Assembly: GCA_965235115.1 (NCBI GenBank)
Contig: OZ249436.1
Span: forward strand, 38,628,001-38,692,000
DNA: 64,000 bases
Source: Laetmonice hystrix
Lineage: Eukaryota
Direction of reading: 5' to 3'
Below the pieces are notes generated by a model that had not been told where the DNA came from, did no database searches, and was given only the letters and a program-made list of their open reading frames with translations. Below, one piece after another: positions 51,401-64,000 of this stretch. The position numbers and the translations under genes are program-made. The number at the start of each line of letters is the position of its first letter. Positions within the stretch are counted from its first letter, which is position 1.

Positions 51401-54400
51401 CATGTTGAGGGGTTTCATGTTGCCTGCCTATCTCGGATGTGGTAGTTTCACAGCCCTCTGGTCAATAAGGCTCGGCTATCTGGTGCTGGCAGAACTGACT
51501 GTCTTAATGCCTTGCCCAGCGGGTACGCCACAAGGTTCGCTACCGCTGGCATTAACTAAGTGCCACCGCCAGAGGTAATGACAGCACAAACGCCACTTTC
51601 TATATACTACTGCTTCTGCCAAGTGTGGGCTCGGAGCGAAACTAAAGTCTAACCCTGCAGGTTTCTCATTGGCTTGGAATGCTTAAGTAGAGAACGTGTG
51701 TAATTATAGCCTCTACATTAAGTACCTATAGTTAACGTTGGAGTCGATCTCGAGCGCCGGTGTCACGATTGTGCTTTTCAAACAGTCCGGGGCGATATAG
51801 GAACTTTCTTCTTACTTCAACAAAAAGGGATTTTTCCCCACTCGTTGTCGCTCGTGTCATTTAATGCACTTCTGTTTTAGAATGGAACTGCATATTTTAG
51901 CGACACGCTTAGTTAACGCACAATTTCATGTTATTAGGACAACTAATAAGCACCAAAAACGCTAATCAACTGTATTCGAACAATGAAAAGAAAGCTTGAT
52001 GAAGTATTCATTTATTTCCTCAGCCGAGTCAATAAAGTGAAGTCAATTACTATAGTTCACTTTGGGAAATCGTTAATGTGGTCATCCCATTCATGGATGT
52101 CTATAGGCGTGCCTGATTGTAATGTACCTTCCAACTCATTAAACACTCGAGAATTGTCATGTTAGACTTTTTCTAACAGCACGCACAAACTCTTCGCTTG
52201 AATCTGTCAAGTAAGATATAAATGTGACAAAAGGACAAAAATACGTTTAATGGCTTACTTTAATGAACAAGTCCGTATTTATCTTACGTGATATTAATAC
52301 CGACTAGATTATCTCAGAACTTCTCCACCTTGTTAAGCGTTCCTTCCATCCGTTGCGGCATGCTATATTTAAAACGTTTCAATGACAGATGTGGTTTGTT
52401 TGTGGTTGCTATTGTAATAACTATCCCTCACCTTACCCTGCGTTACATAAGCCGCGACCATCAGCAATAAGCGATCAACATCACACCATCACACCATCAC
52501 ATCCCTTTCACACCACTTTCCGCATCATTTCGGACCATTTCGGACGCGGGTGGGAAACTCAACCGTCCTTCATCACTGACAGCTAAAACAGCGGCCCTGC
52601 CTTTACACTTCCATTAAACAATGCGACAAAGCCTCCAAGGGTGATAGAAGACATTAGCGTGCCTCTTTGATCAATAGCAAGGACGCAGATAGCAGATCCT
52701 TGAGAAAGGTTGTGGCAAGCTATAATGCTCGTTGTTGTCGCTCGGTTTACATTTGATCTCACGCTGAAGCGGTGGTTACTTCACGGCTTCTGCCAAGCAA
52801 AAGACACCGCACGGCAAAGTGATCGTTTATCATGGCAAGCGCAAAGCCAGCCTTCTGTTGGCGAAACGGCAATGGGCTCGCGACGGCTAACAGTGGATCT
52901 ATGACGTGCCGATGTGTTGAGAACACTTTAAAAGTTTGCAGCTGTGGCTTTACGGCGCAGTAACCATCCATATAGAATGCACAGCTTTACACCGGAGGAG
53001 TTATTTTATTATATCCATTTTTCAAAGCTTGTGTGGCACTGGACAGTGTAATGTGTTGATATAATGAAATGTTTTTCCGTTTTAGCGATTCTTTTGCTTT
53101 GCAGTGTTTTGTACGGTGGGATAACATGTAAGCGGACAGAAACTTCAAATAAAACTACGGAAGGCATATATCACCAGAATGTACTGAGTAAGATATCACA
53201 AATAAAGAGATTGAGATTAATGGTGAATTGGATTAATGACTTCCGATTTAAAAGATTATCGTCGCGGTTTTATTATGAACTCAGGGCCGAAGATGGATAG
53301 CTTACGTCTCTTAGCGCAGAAACATGTTAGAATATTCAATGGCTTTCTGTGCATCAGATGCAACAGGAACAATTCTAAAATTTCCATGCCTACCTGGCTA
53401 TTCACCTTAAACCAATACGTACTTCTACATCCAATGTTGACAATTCCTTCTGATTTCCCTATACTCCCTATTATACCATAAGTAATACGGCCCTTTGTGC
53501 TGAGACTAGGAACAGACGGGGGAATTCCCTGGTGTCACGTGACATGCACCTACGATTTCAGGTTCTCAGCCTTTGATACTTTTCATAGCTGTAACCGACT
53601 ATGACGACCCTTCCTTACTTATAGTACCATGGGTAACGACTAAACTGTTCACTCTGATGCCATGTTTAAAACGGAAAATAGCCCGTCCAGACCAAACGTC
53701 CAAAGACTTATTTGTCTAGAACTTAGAAGGATCTTAGCAAGCCCGCCATTGTCAGTGGTTCGCAATTCCAAAAACTCCTGTCAATGCGCCCAGCGCTCAA
53801 ATGCTCAAACGATAAAAAAAATCTACGCTGAGATCTACTAATATTGCATTCACGTTTCCTGCCGAAGAGCTCTGTGGTATAGTGGTATGGGGGACGTCCC
53901 ATACGTGGCATGTTGCGGTTGCAGCAAGTAATGCAGACGAATATCTGTTTACATTACAAGCACATGTTGGGGAAACCCCCCTTCCCCTTCCGCGTGAGGA
54001 TGTGCTGACGTCACGGTCGGGTTGTAAACACTGGGACTTTCGGTTCCAAGTTGTCACCCAGAAATCTCCGTTATTAGGTCTATGAGTCATTCAACGGGTC
54101 AGTTCCTTGTTTAATAATTTCAAATGACATCGGTCGGGTGGGACAGAACCAGTGATTTTCCAATGGGATGTTGAAGTATTGGTTTAATGTACACTTCTCC
54201 CTTAGGCCTGAACAGAAAGTGTCTGGAAAAGTAGTCCTATTTACAGGACGCCAGAAAGCAGTGTACTTCACAAGGGCACAAGAAAATAGTGTTAAATCTA
54301 CCGGATAGGCCCCTATGTCCACGTGGACAACGACTTGATGTAGTTTGTTCTAGCAGATTAAACCATCAAAAGTGGAATTAAGGATTGTAATAAAACTGGG

Positions 54401-56742
54401 AAATTGGAATTGAGATCCAGTCTTTTGCAAAACGAAGAATTTCCAGATATATTCTGAGGCATTTGGTATGTGTATTCGATCATAACACCCCATAATATAT
54501 CAGAAAATAGAATCATACAGCCCTGTAAATTGGTTCTCAACAGAGATAACAGAACAAGTTGCCCCTACCGTCCTAACGGCACGTGTTAGGAATAACTTGA
54601 CGGGCCTACGGAAATAAATACTTAGCAACCGGAAGGAGGTCTTTAGACGAGAAAATGGTGTTCAACGTGAGGGATCGACAGGACAGCTTGTACCCGTCCC
54701 AAGGCTAATGACACCTCATCAACCGATATCCGTGACCAAGGGTCGTCGGGGCCGCCTATTCCCATACCCTGTCCTTGGGCCAGTCAGGGTTCTTTATGAG
54801 CCAATACGGAGAGGGGAAGTCAGGTTCTCTTCGTCAGGGAGAAGGGAACATTTTATGATTTGGGGAGTGCCGCGGGCACTGGAACGATATTAAAGCGGCA
54901 TACCTCGATGATCAATGCCATTACTTAGTCCTATATAATTCAAAATAATGAAATGTGGTTTTCGAGTTTGGTCATGAAGGTTCGTTTTCTCTACACGTTC
55001 ACGCGTTTCTTCCGTTGAATTATATTGGGTTATTTATTTTGTTGGGGTTTAATAAGGCGCTGCTTGAAATGATTATATAATCTCAATGATGGCATGTCTC
55101 ACGCTATAGAGGTCTACTGTGTCGATCTGATTGTGTTACATGTGGGCACTCAGAAGATTGTATGGATACCTACACCTACCTACACACACATACCTAGATA
55201 CCTAGCTGCCTACCGAGATTCTATATATCTCAGTCTACATTAGGGCTACATGTGCACCCATGATTGGGTTGAGACCGATACCTATTGTATCCAGGTTTTT
55301 GTTGGAAGACAGGAGGGTGACATATACTGGTCGTCCTAACGTTTCTCATACCTTTCTGTAGACATTTCGCGTGTCATCACACGTTCTATGACAATGCCTA
55401 TACTCGTAAAAAGAGTCCAATGTTGCGATCTGGCGCCATGGTATCAGTAAATTTCCAAGGTCTCTTGAGTCATTATCTTGCAAACATGACATGGATAATG
55501 ATGCTTGTTGTGACATAACAAGTTACTTTAAAAAATGATGGGACTTAGCACGTTAGCGTACGGTACTGTATAGCACGGCACGACTGTCTATAGATTACCA
55601 ATGACGGGAGTATGTTATTGGCGATTAGCCTGCCTTTAGTATATTGGTAAAAGCTTGCACGTGTGTAGGTGTCTATACATTCTTCCTAAATGGAACTATC
55701 GTTTCGATGTGGTACTTTTCTTTTTGCACTAAGAGGGGAGGACACGCCCAGGTCACTAAGCAGGAAACCTTTCTGTCGGGCAAACTTTGTTAAAGAGCTG
55801 CTTGTTAGTTTCTCCCCTGACGCGTAGACGTAGCGCCGACCTAAAACATGTCAGCCATGATAATGCATCACCATTAGACGTGACAGATGCACCAAGCAAT
55901 AGTCAAAACACAATTTCCTAATATCGAGACTTGATTCGATCAGCGTGTGATGAATCGGGGGTTGTGACAGGGAGGGAGGTGTGGTCCGCGTCAGCACCGT
56001 CACAGATGTGTCACGTCAGCAACGTCTACGTGAGGTCACATGATCGCTAAACAGTCTGACGCGCCCGGATTGAAGAAATGTCGTCTGCTTATAAATGTTA
56101 CCGAAGCGTTCGCGCAATGGGCGCACATGCATGCCACTTAAACGTCATGCTGTCATCACGGGTTCGCTTTGAACTGCGATAGGTATACTTGTATAGCACT
56201 TGGGGGGGGGGGGGGGGGGCTAATGTGTAGGTGTGTCATGACACGGTGCACATTTACGATGACGTCACGCACGAAGGATATGCGGCTCAGTTGTGCAGTG
56301 CTGACTCAGCAGAACCCAGTCAAATCTCACGCCATTACCACGGTTTGTATTGTCGGGTACAACATTTTCGGCTATTGCACTTTGGTGCGGGTGTTACCGG
56401 CGCAGCTCCCCCACTATTAAAGTGAACATGATTGCAAAGTCAAGATTTGGTGACTGTCGGCGCAATCTTCCGATACTTGTGACACCATTTTACGAATGTG
56501 ACCAATTCTATAAGTTCTAACGAGAGAGGTTGTCTTTTGTAGTGACGTAGATCTTTGAGTTAGCGTCAGTTGTTACACTTGTGACGCAGATCTTTGAGTT
56601 AGCGGTCATTGTTACGTTAGCCACTTTGAAATCTGGAGTCTGTCCGCTAAAGCGAAGATTGAACTGAAAGCAAGCGTTTCTATGTTGTTGGATTGCCAGG
56701 ATCATTGGATTATGTATTTCTCCCTGCCAAGAAACGCTAGTT

Positions 56743-57043
56743 CCGGTGTAACAACTTCAGATTACCCCCCCCCCCCCATTGAAGTTACCCCCCGGTAATC
56801 TGAAGTTAACTTCAAATTACCCCCCTCCCCCAGTTTCAAGTTAGATAAAATAAACTTCGGATAAAAATGTTTAGCGCGTTAATTCAAATAGACCTAACCG
56901 TAAACTTACCTTAACCCTAACCGAGGGGCTTTTTGAAACCAACTTCAGATTACCGCGGGGTAAGTTGAAGTTAACTTCAGGTTACCCCCCCCCCCCCTCC
57001 CCCGGTAGTCTGATGTGGGGGTAGCCTGAAATTGGGACACCGG
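56743..57043. mobile_element. MITE with CCGGTGT termini and central TAACCCTAACC
   Basis: CCGGTGTAACAACTTCAGATTACCCC...GGGGTAGCCTGAAATTGGGACACCGG; internal AACTTCAGATTACC repeats. Confidence 0.8.
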
Positions 57044-60000
57044 ATTGCACTGGAGAGACGATCGAGGCAGGTCTGGCTACAATAACGAATCTATCTAGAA
57101 ACAACGTCAGGTCCATCGTGTCGCTCGCCATCCTCGTACGTGTATATACGAGGCCATACTCCTACAATACTTTCCTCAAAAACTTCCCTCAAAGTCGAAG
57201 GAACCATCATTTCTAGCAGGGTCAAAAAGCTGTTCAAATGAATGTTTGATTTGACTTCCTATAGTCTGCTTCTTTATAATGATAGCGTATTCAGACCACC
57301 ATTACCAACTCTAATGGTCATTTTGGTTCTGCCAGGGAAACAAGTGTTCCGTGATCAGACCCGTTCAACCTTTACAGACCAGACCAGAGGATGGAGTGTG
57401 AACAGGACATAATGAAGGTTGACATGTCGATATGAACACGGCCCGCCACCTCTCAACTCACGCCAGCGTGAGACGAGGACACTGAGTGGATTATCCTGAG
57501 ACTGGGAGCCATTAGATGATGTCACGTGACCGAGGATTAAGGACATTGGTGACGGCGTTCCATATAATATAGACATGTGTCAGTAACAGTTCTGATGGTC
57601 AGTCGAAACATAGGGTAAAATAGGCAATTCGTATTAATGTGGGGTGAATTATAATGCATTAAATGGGGTTAGTCTTTGCCCTGGACATAGAATGGTGCCT
57701 GTGATGTCGTGTTTTAACTTTAATGTACATACAGATTCTCTGCATGACCATGCATGCTGGTACCTCACTATGGTACAAGGCACATCATTTGTTTCAGGAT
57801 GGGGTTAGCACCCATTTTGACAAACTCATTTCCGTTCGTATAACCGCAGGAATAAGGAATTCCAGCCATCGACACTTGGGTCGATAGCCGTCAAACCTCT
57901 TCTAATGCTCCCGTACAATTACGCTGCCGTTCGATAGACAAAATAGCCTTTTCATCACTCCTTAACGCTTGACCAGTTTGAGGGTACCATCCGTTTTTCT
58001 CATCGTTCATGACAGGCAGGCCGTTCATATTGAGAAACGACAAAGCGGACACTGTTCTACCGTACCCCCTCCCCCTCCCCCGATTCCAGGATTCAGGGCC
58101 TTTTTTCTAAGGTCATCAACCGTCAGCGGCCGGCTGCTGGCAACGTTGTTGAATGTTTGCTGGAACGCCAACCGGGCATCCCCCTCAACGGCCGATGGCG
58201 TTCCGCGCTGGCGGCTGTCAATCACTCATGGTGGCCCGAAGTGCCCATCCCTCCCCACCCCCACCACCATCACCACCATCCGCGCCTTCCGCATCCCTTC
58301 ACCAAGACATTGGTTTTGGGGGCGAGATTTGACTCGCCACGAGGCGTTGTCGGCATCGATTTGATGGGCGCCGACATCCATTTATCCCTCTCCTCAAGGC
58401 TTACTCAAATATTGTAGGAAGCCAATTTAGGGTAGGTCTAAGCATATAAGGGGCCTGATAAAGGAGCCTCCCTGCACGCCAGGTTGTCCTCCGTGTGTGC
58501 CCTGGGGCGAATGGTTCGTGGGGAGACTGTAAGGCCCGGTCCAATAGGTGTATTCTCTTAATTAGGTTACTGGGCGTCACCTGGCACAGACAGCCAAAAC
58601 GCCGGGGTCAAATGCAGGTGCGCCACAAAGCGAAGCCGAACGGCGAAATTTGATCCTGGCTTCTAGACGAAGGAAGAATCGGATGCATTACAAAATGACA
58701 TCGGCATGGTATGATCGTAATGCCTAATATCGCGACAATACAAATTGTCGACGTCCCGTGTCTGTGGCTGAATGGACAATGACAGGCCATGTGTGTATCA
58801 ATCAATGGTGTAATCTTCCTATTGTTATACCACTTTCTTTCTATAGCCGCCCACGCTGGCATTGTTAGTAAGTGTTGGTGGTTTCCCGGAGTGTAAATTG
58901 ATAGCAACGATAGATACTAAGTTGATGATCTTGTGTACGTTTCTGCGTTTTTTTTTGCTCATGCTGATAGAGTTCTTTACTTTTTCCTTTTCTGCTGTTT
59001 ATGGCCAGAATTCCTTATGAGCCCTTTGAATAAATGTCGTTAAACATTTAAACGTTAAACGTCAAACTTAAACATGGGATCAAATTAAGTGGATCAGCAG
59101 ATCTAAGAAAGGATCAAATGGTGCACGTTTGAAAGAGCACACTGGCTATATCGGAAGGACTTTATTGAAAAGGTCAATGGATAACATTCCTTTTTAATGG
59201 GCTACAAAGTGTGCCTGGACCCACATTGCACAGGGGTTGGCAGAACATTGTGTCACCCTTTATAGTCGTTGATTTCTACTGAGGCTCATTAGAAAAAATC
59301 ATTTGGTTTTATAGCAGGTACTCCAGAGCATACCTGCCTGGGTAATCGTGTACATTGACGTGTTCTGTGGTAAAAATGTATACCCCACCGACCATAGGCC
59401 CTATAATAGTGTATGCCAAATTCAGATCATTGTTGGGTGTCTAATGATGTGAGAGGAATAGGATTAGACAAAGGTTTTAAGTGCAGATGAGGGTTCTAGG
59501 GTTTGGGTTGCGGGGCTGGGGTTATGGTGTAGTAAGAGTGTTGGGTGAGCTTCCATTTTGATATTTGGTTTTTGGTTGGGGTGGCGAAAAGTTGTACCCC
59601 CTCCCCCTACCCCAATGGCAGTGTGGTACCCTCCCACGCATAGTAACACTGCACTAACCAAACCGGGGCAGACGCCATTAGCCACTGACCCGCTCTTCTG
59701 ATCGCAGATTGGTTTGTCAATACCGACCGTGCTTGATTTCATATAGGCAGAGCAGAGTCATAAATATTTGAGAATACCAAATATCGTGTGATGTCCCACT
59801 GTCATGGCATTGTGTCAAAGGCGCCATTTTCAATACAACCGATCATTTTGTAGTGTGTTTCCATGTACGTACAATGTACAATGTACGTACACGAACCTAA
59901 ATTAGCTATGATAGAAACTGAATGATTTTAAAACAATACCTAAGTAAGTCATGAAACCCTATCAGCATACCTTGTATTTTAGAACATGGGTCTGTAAACC

Positions 60001-60232
60001 AGCGGTATCCTGCCAGTGACATTAAAGACTGTGAATCCTGTTAAACGTTACCGATCTGAAGACAGATTTTCTGAAATTTAATAAACACCTATACCCCCAA
60101 CTCGCCACCATTAGCGTGTGGAGCAGGTTGATCTGTTGTGACGTTGATTAGAGTAGAGCCTGACGGTCACTCCCATTGACCGAACTCAGTGTCCCACCAC
60201 CACTGGCCTCCCGACAAACCAACTCCCCACCG

Positions 60233-60246
60233 CCGCTAGGTGGCGT
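60233..60246 (+). promoter_or_regulatory. CTCF-like motif
   Basis: CCGCTAGGTGGCG matches the core CTCF consensus; motif match only. Confidence 0.3.
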
Positions 60247-63200
60247 GAAATCAGCCGCTCTCGGCCACTCTCGAGGGAACCGAGACTGCTACACAAACGA
60301 GGCCCGACTTGCTCCCGAGTGCAATGGATAATCGTAAGGTCAACTTATGATCTGATTGTCGGTTGAAGAAAGTCCGTAACGAGGTTAAACGCCCCGCCAG
60401 AGAAGGGTATCTGGTGAGTAGAGGGATCAGGAGGGATCGAATAATGGTGATGAACAGTCTTTGATTGGACTTAACACAATAAACGCTCCTCCAATAAAGA
60501 CCTTATAAGGCAGTGGGGGTCTCTTCACAGACCTCCATACCAAGTGACCGAAAACTGAAAAGATCGAACAAAGTCGGCATCATGAGAAACAGAAATGCGA
60601 CCAAAGTTCCGGAAACAGCCAAAGGTCGCGCGAGATTTAGATAATGTATATTATTTTTAGATGTACACGTACAAAACCCGTCGTGTGGTCTTGGGGACAA
60701 CAATTATTACACATGGGGGTTCCTGTCACGTGGTGAGATCAGGTGATGGATGGATCACGTGGTCGGAAAGAAGCTCACGGGAAGGACGCATCGCTTTCTT
60801 ATATCGGTCGTCCATGTAGCCTATACAAAAGAAAGAAGCCTTATTTAGATAGGCTAGCCCGTGAACATATTTGTTTCAGTGGATCTGAATAATAATTCTC
60901 AGCATTTCACCACGATGTATACAATGCTGCCAGTTTCTTACATAGGCTATATATGGTCTAATCTATGACACTGATACAATGCCTTGTTAAAATTTAGCTC
61001 CTGGCACGTGTCGATGTGGCTGAATCCACTGGTTATAGCCGAGACTTGGCGTACATTAAGACTTGAGTTATGGTGGGGGGTGTCCACGGGAGTACGCCGA
61101 GGCAATAGGTAAATTACGTCCCTGGTAATAAAACGCAACTATTGGCCGACTTAGACCAGCGCCTGACTGGTGGGGAAATCGAACCCCAATAGGAGACTGT
61201 CCCTAATTGTCAGTGCCTTATCAGTTTTCCTAGATTTGTGTGCATCTCCCGAATGTAGTCATACACCGTTCTTGGAGCCTGGTCAGTATCTAACCGAAAC
61301 AGATGTGGCTATACGCCCGTCAGACACGCAGATAACATGGAAACCTCTAGGACCATCACTGTGAGGTTTATCTGCCGGAACTGGCACGTCGGGCGCCGAT
61401 TGGTGGACAGAACGCCCGTCACCACCAAGTGCGCGTGCGGAAAGGAGGATTTTTCATAAATTCTAGATGCTTTGGGGAAATGTTTTCTTCTTCGTTTTCT
61501 TCATAAATCGTTTGAGGGCCACTAAACCAAACGCTTGTTTGTCTGAGGGAACAGAAGTAACCTCAAAAAATCGGGTGTCTGTTTTATGCAAGATTATTCA
61601 AATATTTGAAAACGTAACACCCTTATATACAACGCGCAATGCGTCGACATGCTTCCAAGACAATGACAAGTAACAATTGTGTTTGTCCGCTGTCTTCATG
61701 CTGTCACAGATCCCAGTTTCATGCACTCGTACACGTGTAGTCTGAAGGAATGCATCACAGAGGGACGTGTAAGTGATTAATTGCCTTCATTGATCCCACG
61801 TGCCGCCGTGCCCGTCGGCTACTCCATCACATGGGATCCAATGACAACCAGTTATGGCAGTGGAGACACGATGTTGTGACGTTCCGACTCAGAAGGAGTG
61901 GTAGTCTGAATACATGCTAGCTGTGACAAATCGCCTCGATCTCCCCGGCCCCCCTGGATTAGTCCATCTATTTCTGTCACCCTACCCTTCTCCAGTTATC
62001 TCTGACTGTATTTAAAGCACACACTATTATACTGTACGGTATCTGACAAAGCAAGGCGTGTATAGTTAAGGGTATAGGAACTCTGGGATCATGCCAACTG
62101 GTTTTGTTCGGCACAATTCTAGCGCTAACATATTGTATTGACCGTACGCCGTACTTTGTCGGAAGGTTTTACTTCTGATGGTCTGGGCAATACCTATTTC
62201 TACACCCGGCCCCCATCTAGACCTACATCTACGAATCTCTCCCGTTTTAATCATGTTTCTATTGGCCTCCTTCCAGTCATAATGATTGCAGCGGTAAGTT
62301 TACCACCGACATCAAGGTACAGGTCCCCGACCTGCTTCTTCTTCAGGTCTTAACGTCTTCGCTCTGAGTGCACCGTACAAAGATCTAGATTTGTAAACGG
62401 ATGAGGTAATCGATACAGGACACGTTAAGAATGGGGCAGAATTCATCGATTGTAATGTACATATTTTGCTGCCGAAAGCCATGTCAAAGGCAGATTATTG
62501 CATTAAAGAAAGCTATATTTCTTTAATATGGCCAATATACCTCAACATGACATCAAAAATGTCAAAGTTTTTATTAGGCAGGCTTCATAGGTAATTTCTC
62601 AATGAAAGAATATGAATGCATATTTATACAATACAGTTTATTTGTAATACATGTTTACATATACAACTTTTTCCTCTGAGTTGTTACCCGGGTGTGCAAT
62701 GCATGGGATCGTCTCGCGAAATCGTAACCCTTTAGATATATTTTTCAATATGATTATATAGTTAGGGGGTCATAAAGTCTTGTAAACCCATGACGAATTT
62801 GTTGAATACAACCCCACATTTAGAACATGAATGAACAAATGAGATTCACTCTGGCACACAACATGCATGCACGTTCACTGCCGCTGTCCTTCACTCTCTC
62901 GTGCACATATCTCCGTATGTATGCCAATACACCCACAAATGTATAGCGTCGACGGACTCACTGAAGCGGCTCAGAATTGCCACACTTAGATCCGTAAATG
63001 GAGTAGAGATTGATTTTCAAAACCTCTGATATGCCATTAGACGGGGCGAGGGCCAAATATTGACCTGCTGGATATATATTTATAGGTGAGAGAATATCTA
63101 GATTCCATTAAGAGAAACGTCAACCAAGCGTATGTCAGTCGGCACTGTACTGTAGTCTAGCCACAGATCCAGACTGCCATCGACTTGATGCTGTAGTGCC

Positions 63201-64000
63201 AGCAGTAGGCAATCTCGGGAGCATCTTGTTGTCATCTATACAATGGCCAGAAAGAAACGGAATTCAGTGCAACCAGAATCCAATGTATCTCGGGAAAAAT
63301 CTTGACCCGCCGGTGGCTATCCCTTCGGATTTGCCTAATTTGGAAATAATTATGCAGGTTACCGGGCACTATGGTCGCTTTGCATTGAGGCTATTTCCAG
63401 ACTGGTACCTGTATAGTTAATGAGCTCTGGCTTGGACACATGGTAGGTAAGGCGTCCGCGGTATAGTGTTGAAGTGATCCGTTAAGGACACAAAGAGAAG
63501 AGCATTCAACTACAGAGCGATCAGTATTGTATAAGTTACTGAGTTAGGTATCGACCAGTACGGATCGGTTGATGACATTCCCCGGTACCAGTGTAGACGG
63601 GGTTACATCTTTCATGCGACAAGTGTGTCATGACTGAAGGTACACCATCTCCTCAGGAGATTGACAATTATCTTGAGCCCGTAAAGGTTCGGAAACGTGG
63701 GGTTTCTCTATAAAAGCAACACCCCACAAAAGAAACTATTGAAGGTGCACATCGATCGGGGATGGGAATTAGCGGATGGAGAAATGTTGGTTGGAGTATC
63801 TCCTGATGGGAAATACTGAGACATTTGAAAGAAGACATGTGTTTTAAAAGGCTTTCTTTCTCCGCCTCAGGACGCAAAAAGTTTTTTGGCAAGAAATTCT
63901 TTGCATATTTACAAGTAGTGGAAAATGATGCAGCAAAGGTGGGCGAAGAGTTGCTTTTAAATGTAACTTAATTTAAATAAACTGAAGGGGGCTGGTATTT

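Noticed and set aside
60230..60420. Alternative first exon ending at CTG|GTGAGT (60414)
   Set aside because: Nearby ATGs hit stops quickly, and a donor motif alone is insufficient evidence.
63421..63490. Possible tRNA-derived SINE head
   Set aside because: Only a weak A-box-like match, with no clear B-box or cloverleaf.

Overview
Eukaryotic (invertebrate metazoan-like) genomic DNA, so most entries in the six-frame ORF track are spurious. Bases 1-11.8 kb hold the 5' part of an intron-rich, minus-strand gene for a divergent inositol 1,4,5-trisphosphate-receptor-like Ca2+ channel. I reconstructed 30 phase-consistent GT-AG coding exons by hand (about 989 codons); the gene runs off the left edge. 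The most unusual feature is that four intronic tandem arrays in this gene are built from its own splice junctions: about 24 copies of the exon-3 acceptor plus exon start, about 17 copies of the exon-4 donor (each unit GT...AG-bounded, i.e. recursive-splice-site-like), 8 copies of the exon-19 acceptor, and degenerate copies of the exon-12 acceptor. A fifth array sits on the exon-26 branch-point region. Bases 12-37 kb are a nest of DNA transposons: a decayed intron-containing PIF/Harbinger element, an Academ-like element with ~690-bp TIRs, many GC-ended MITEs with 5-bp TSDs, several foldback MITEs, and a 42-bp minisatellite with coding-like flanks. The palindrome TAGGCCTA is strongly over-represented and in one place interrupts a TSD, suggesting an excision scar. 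At 37.25 kb a plus-strand signal-peptide exon probably begins a second gene whose long first intron fills the rest of the window. All calls are by eye; no database searches were run.
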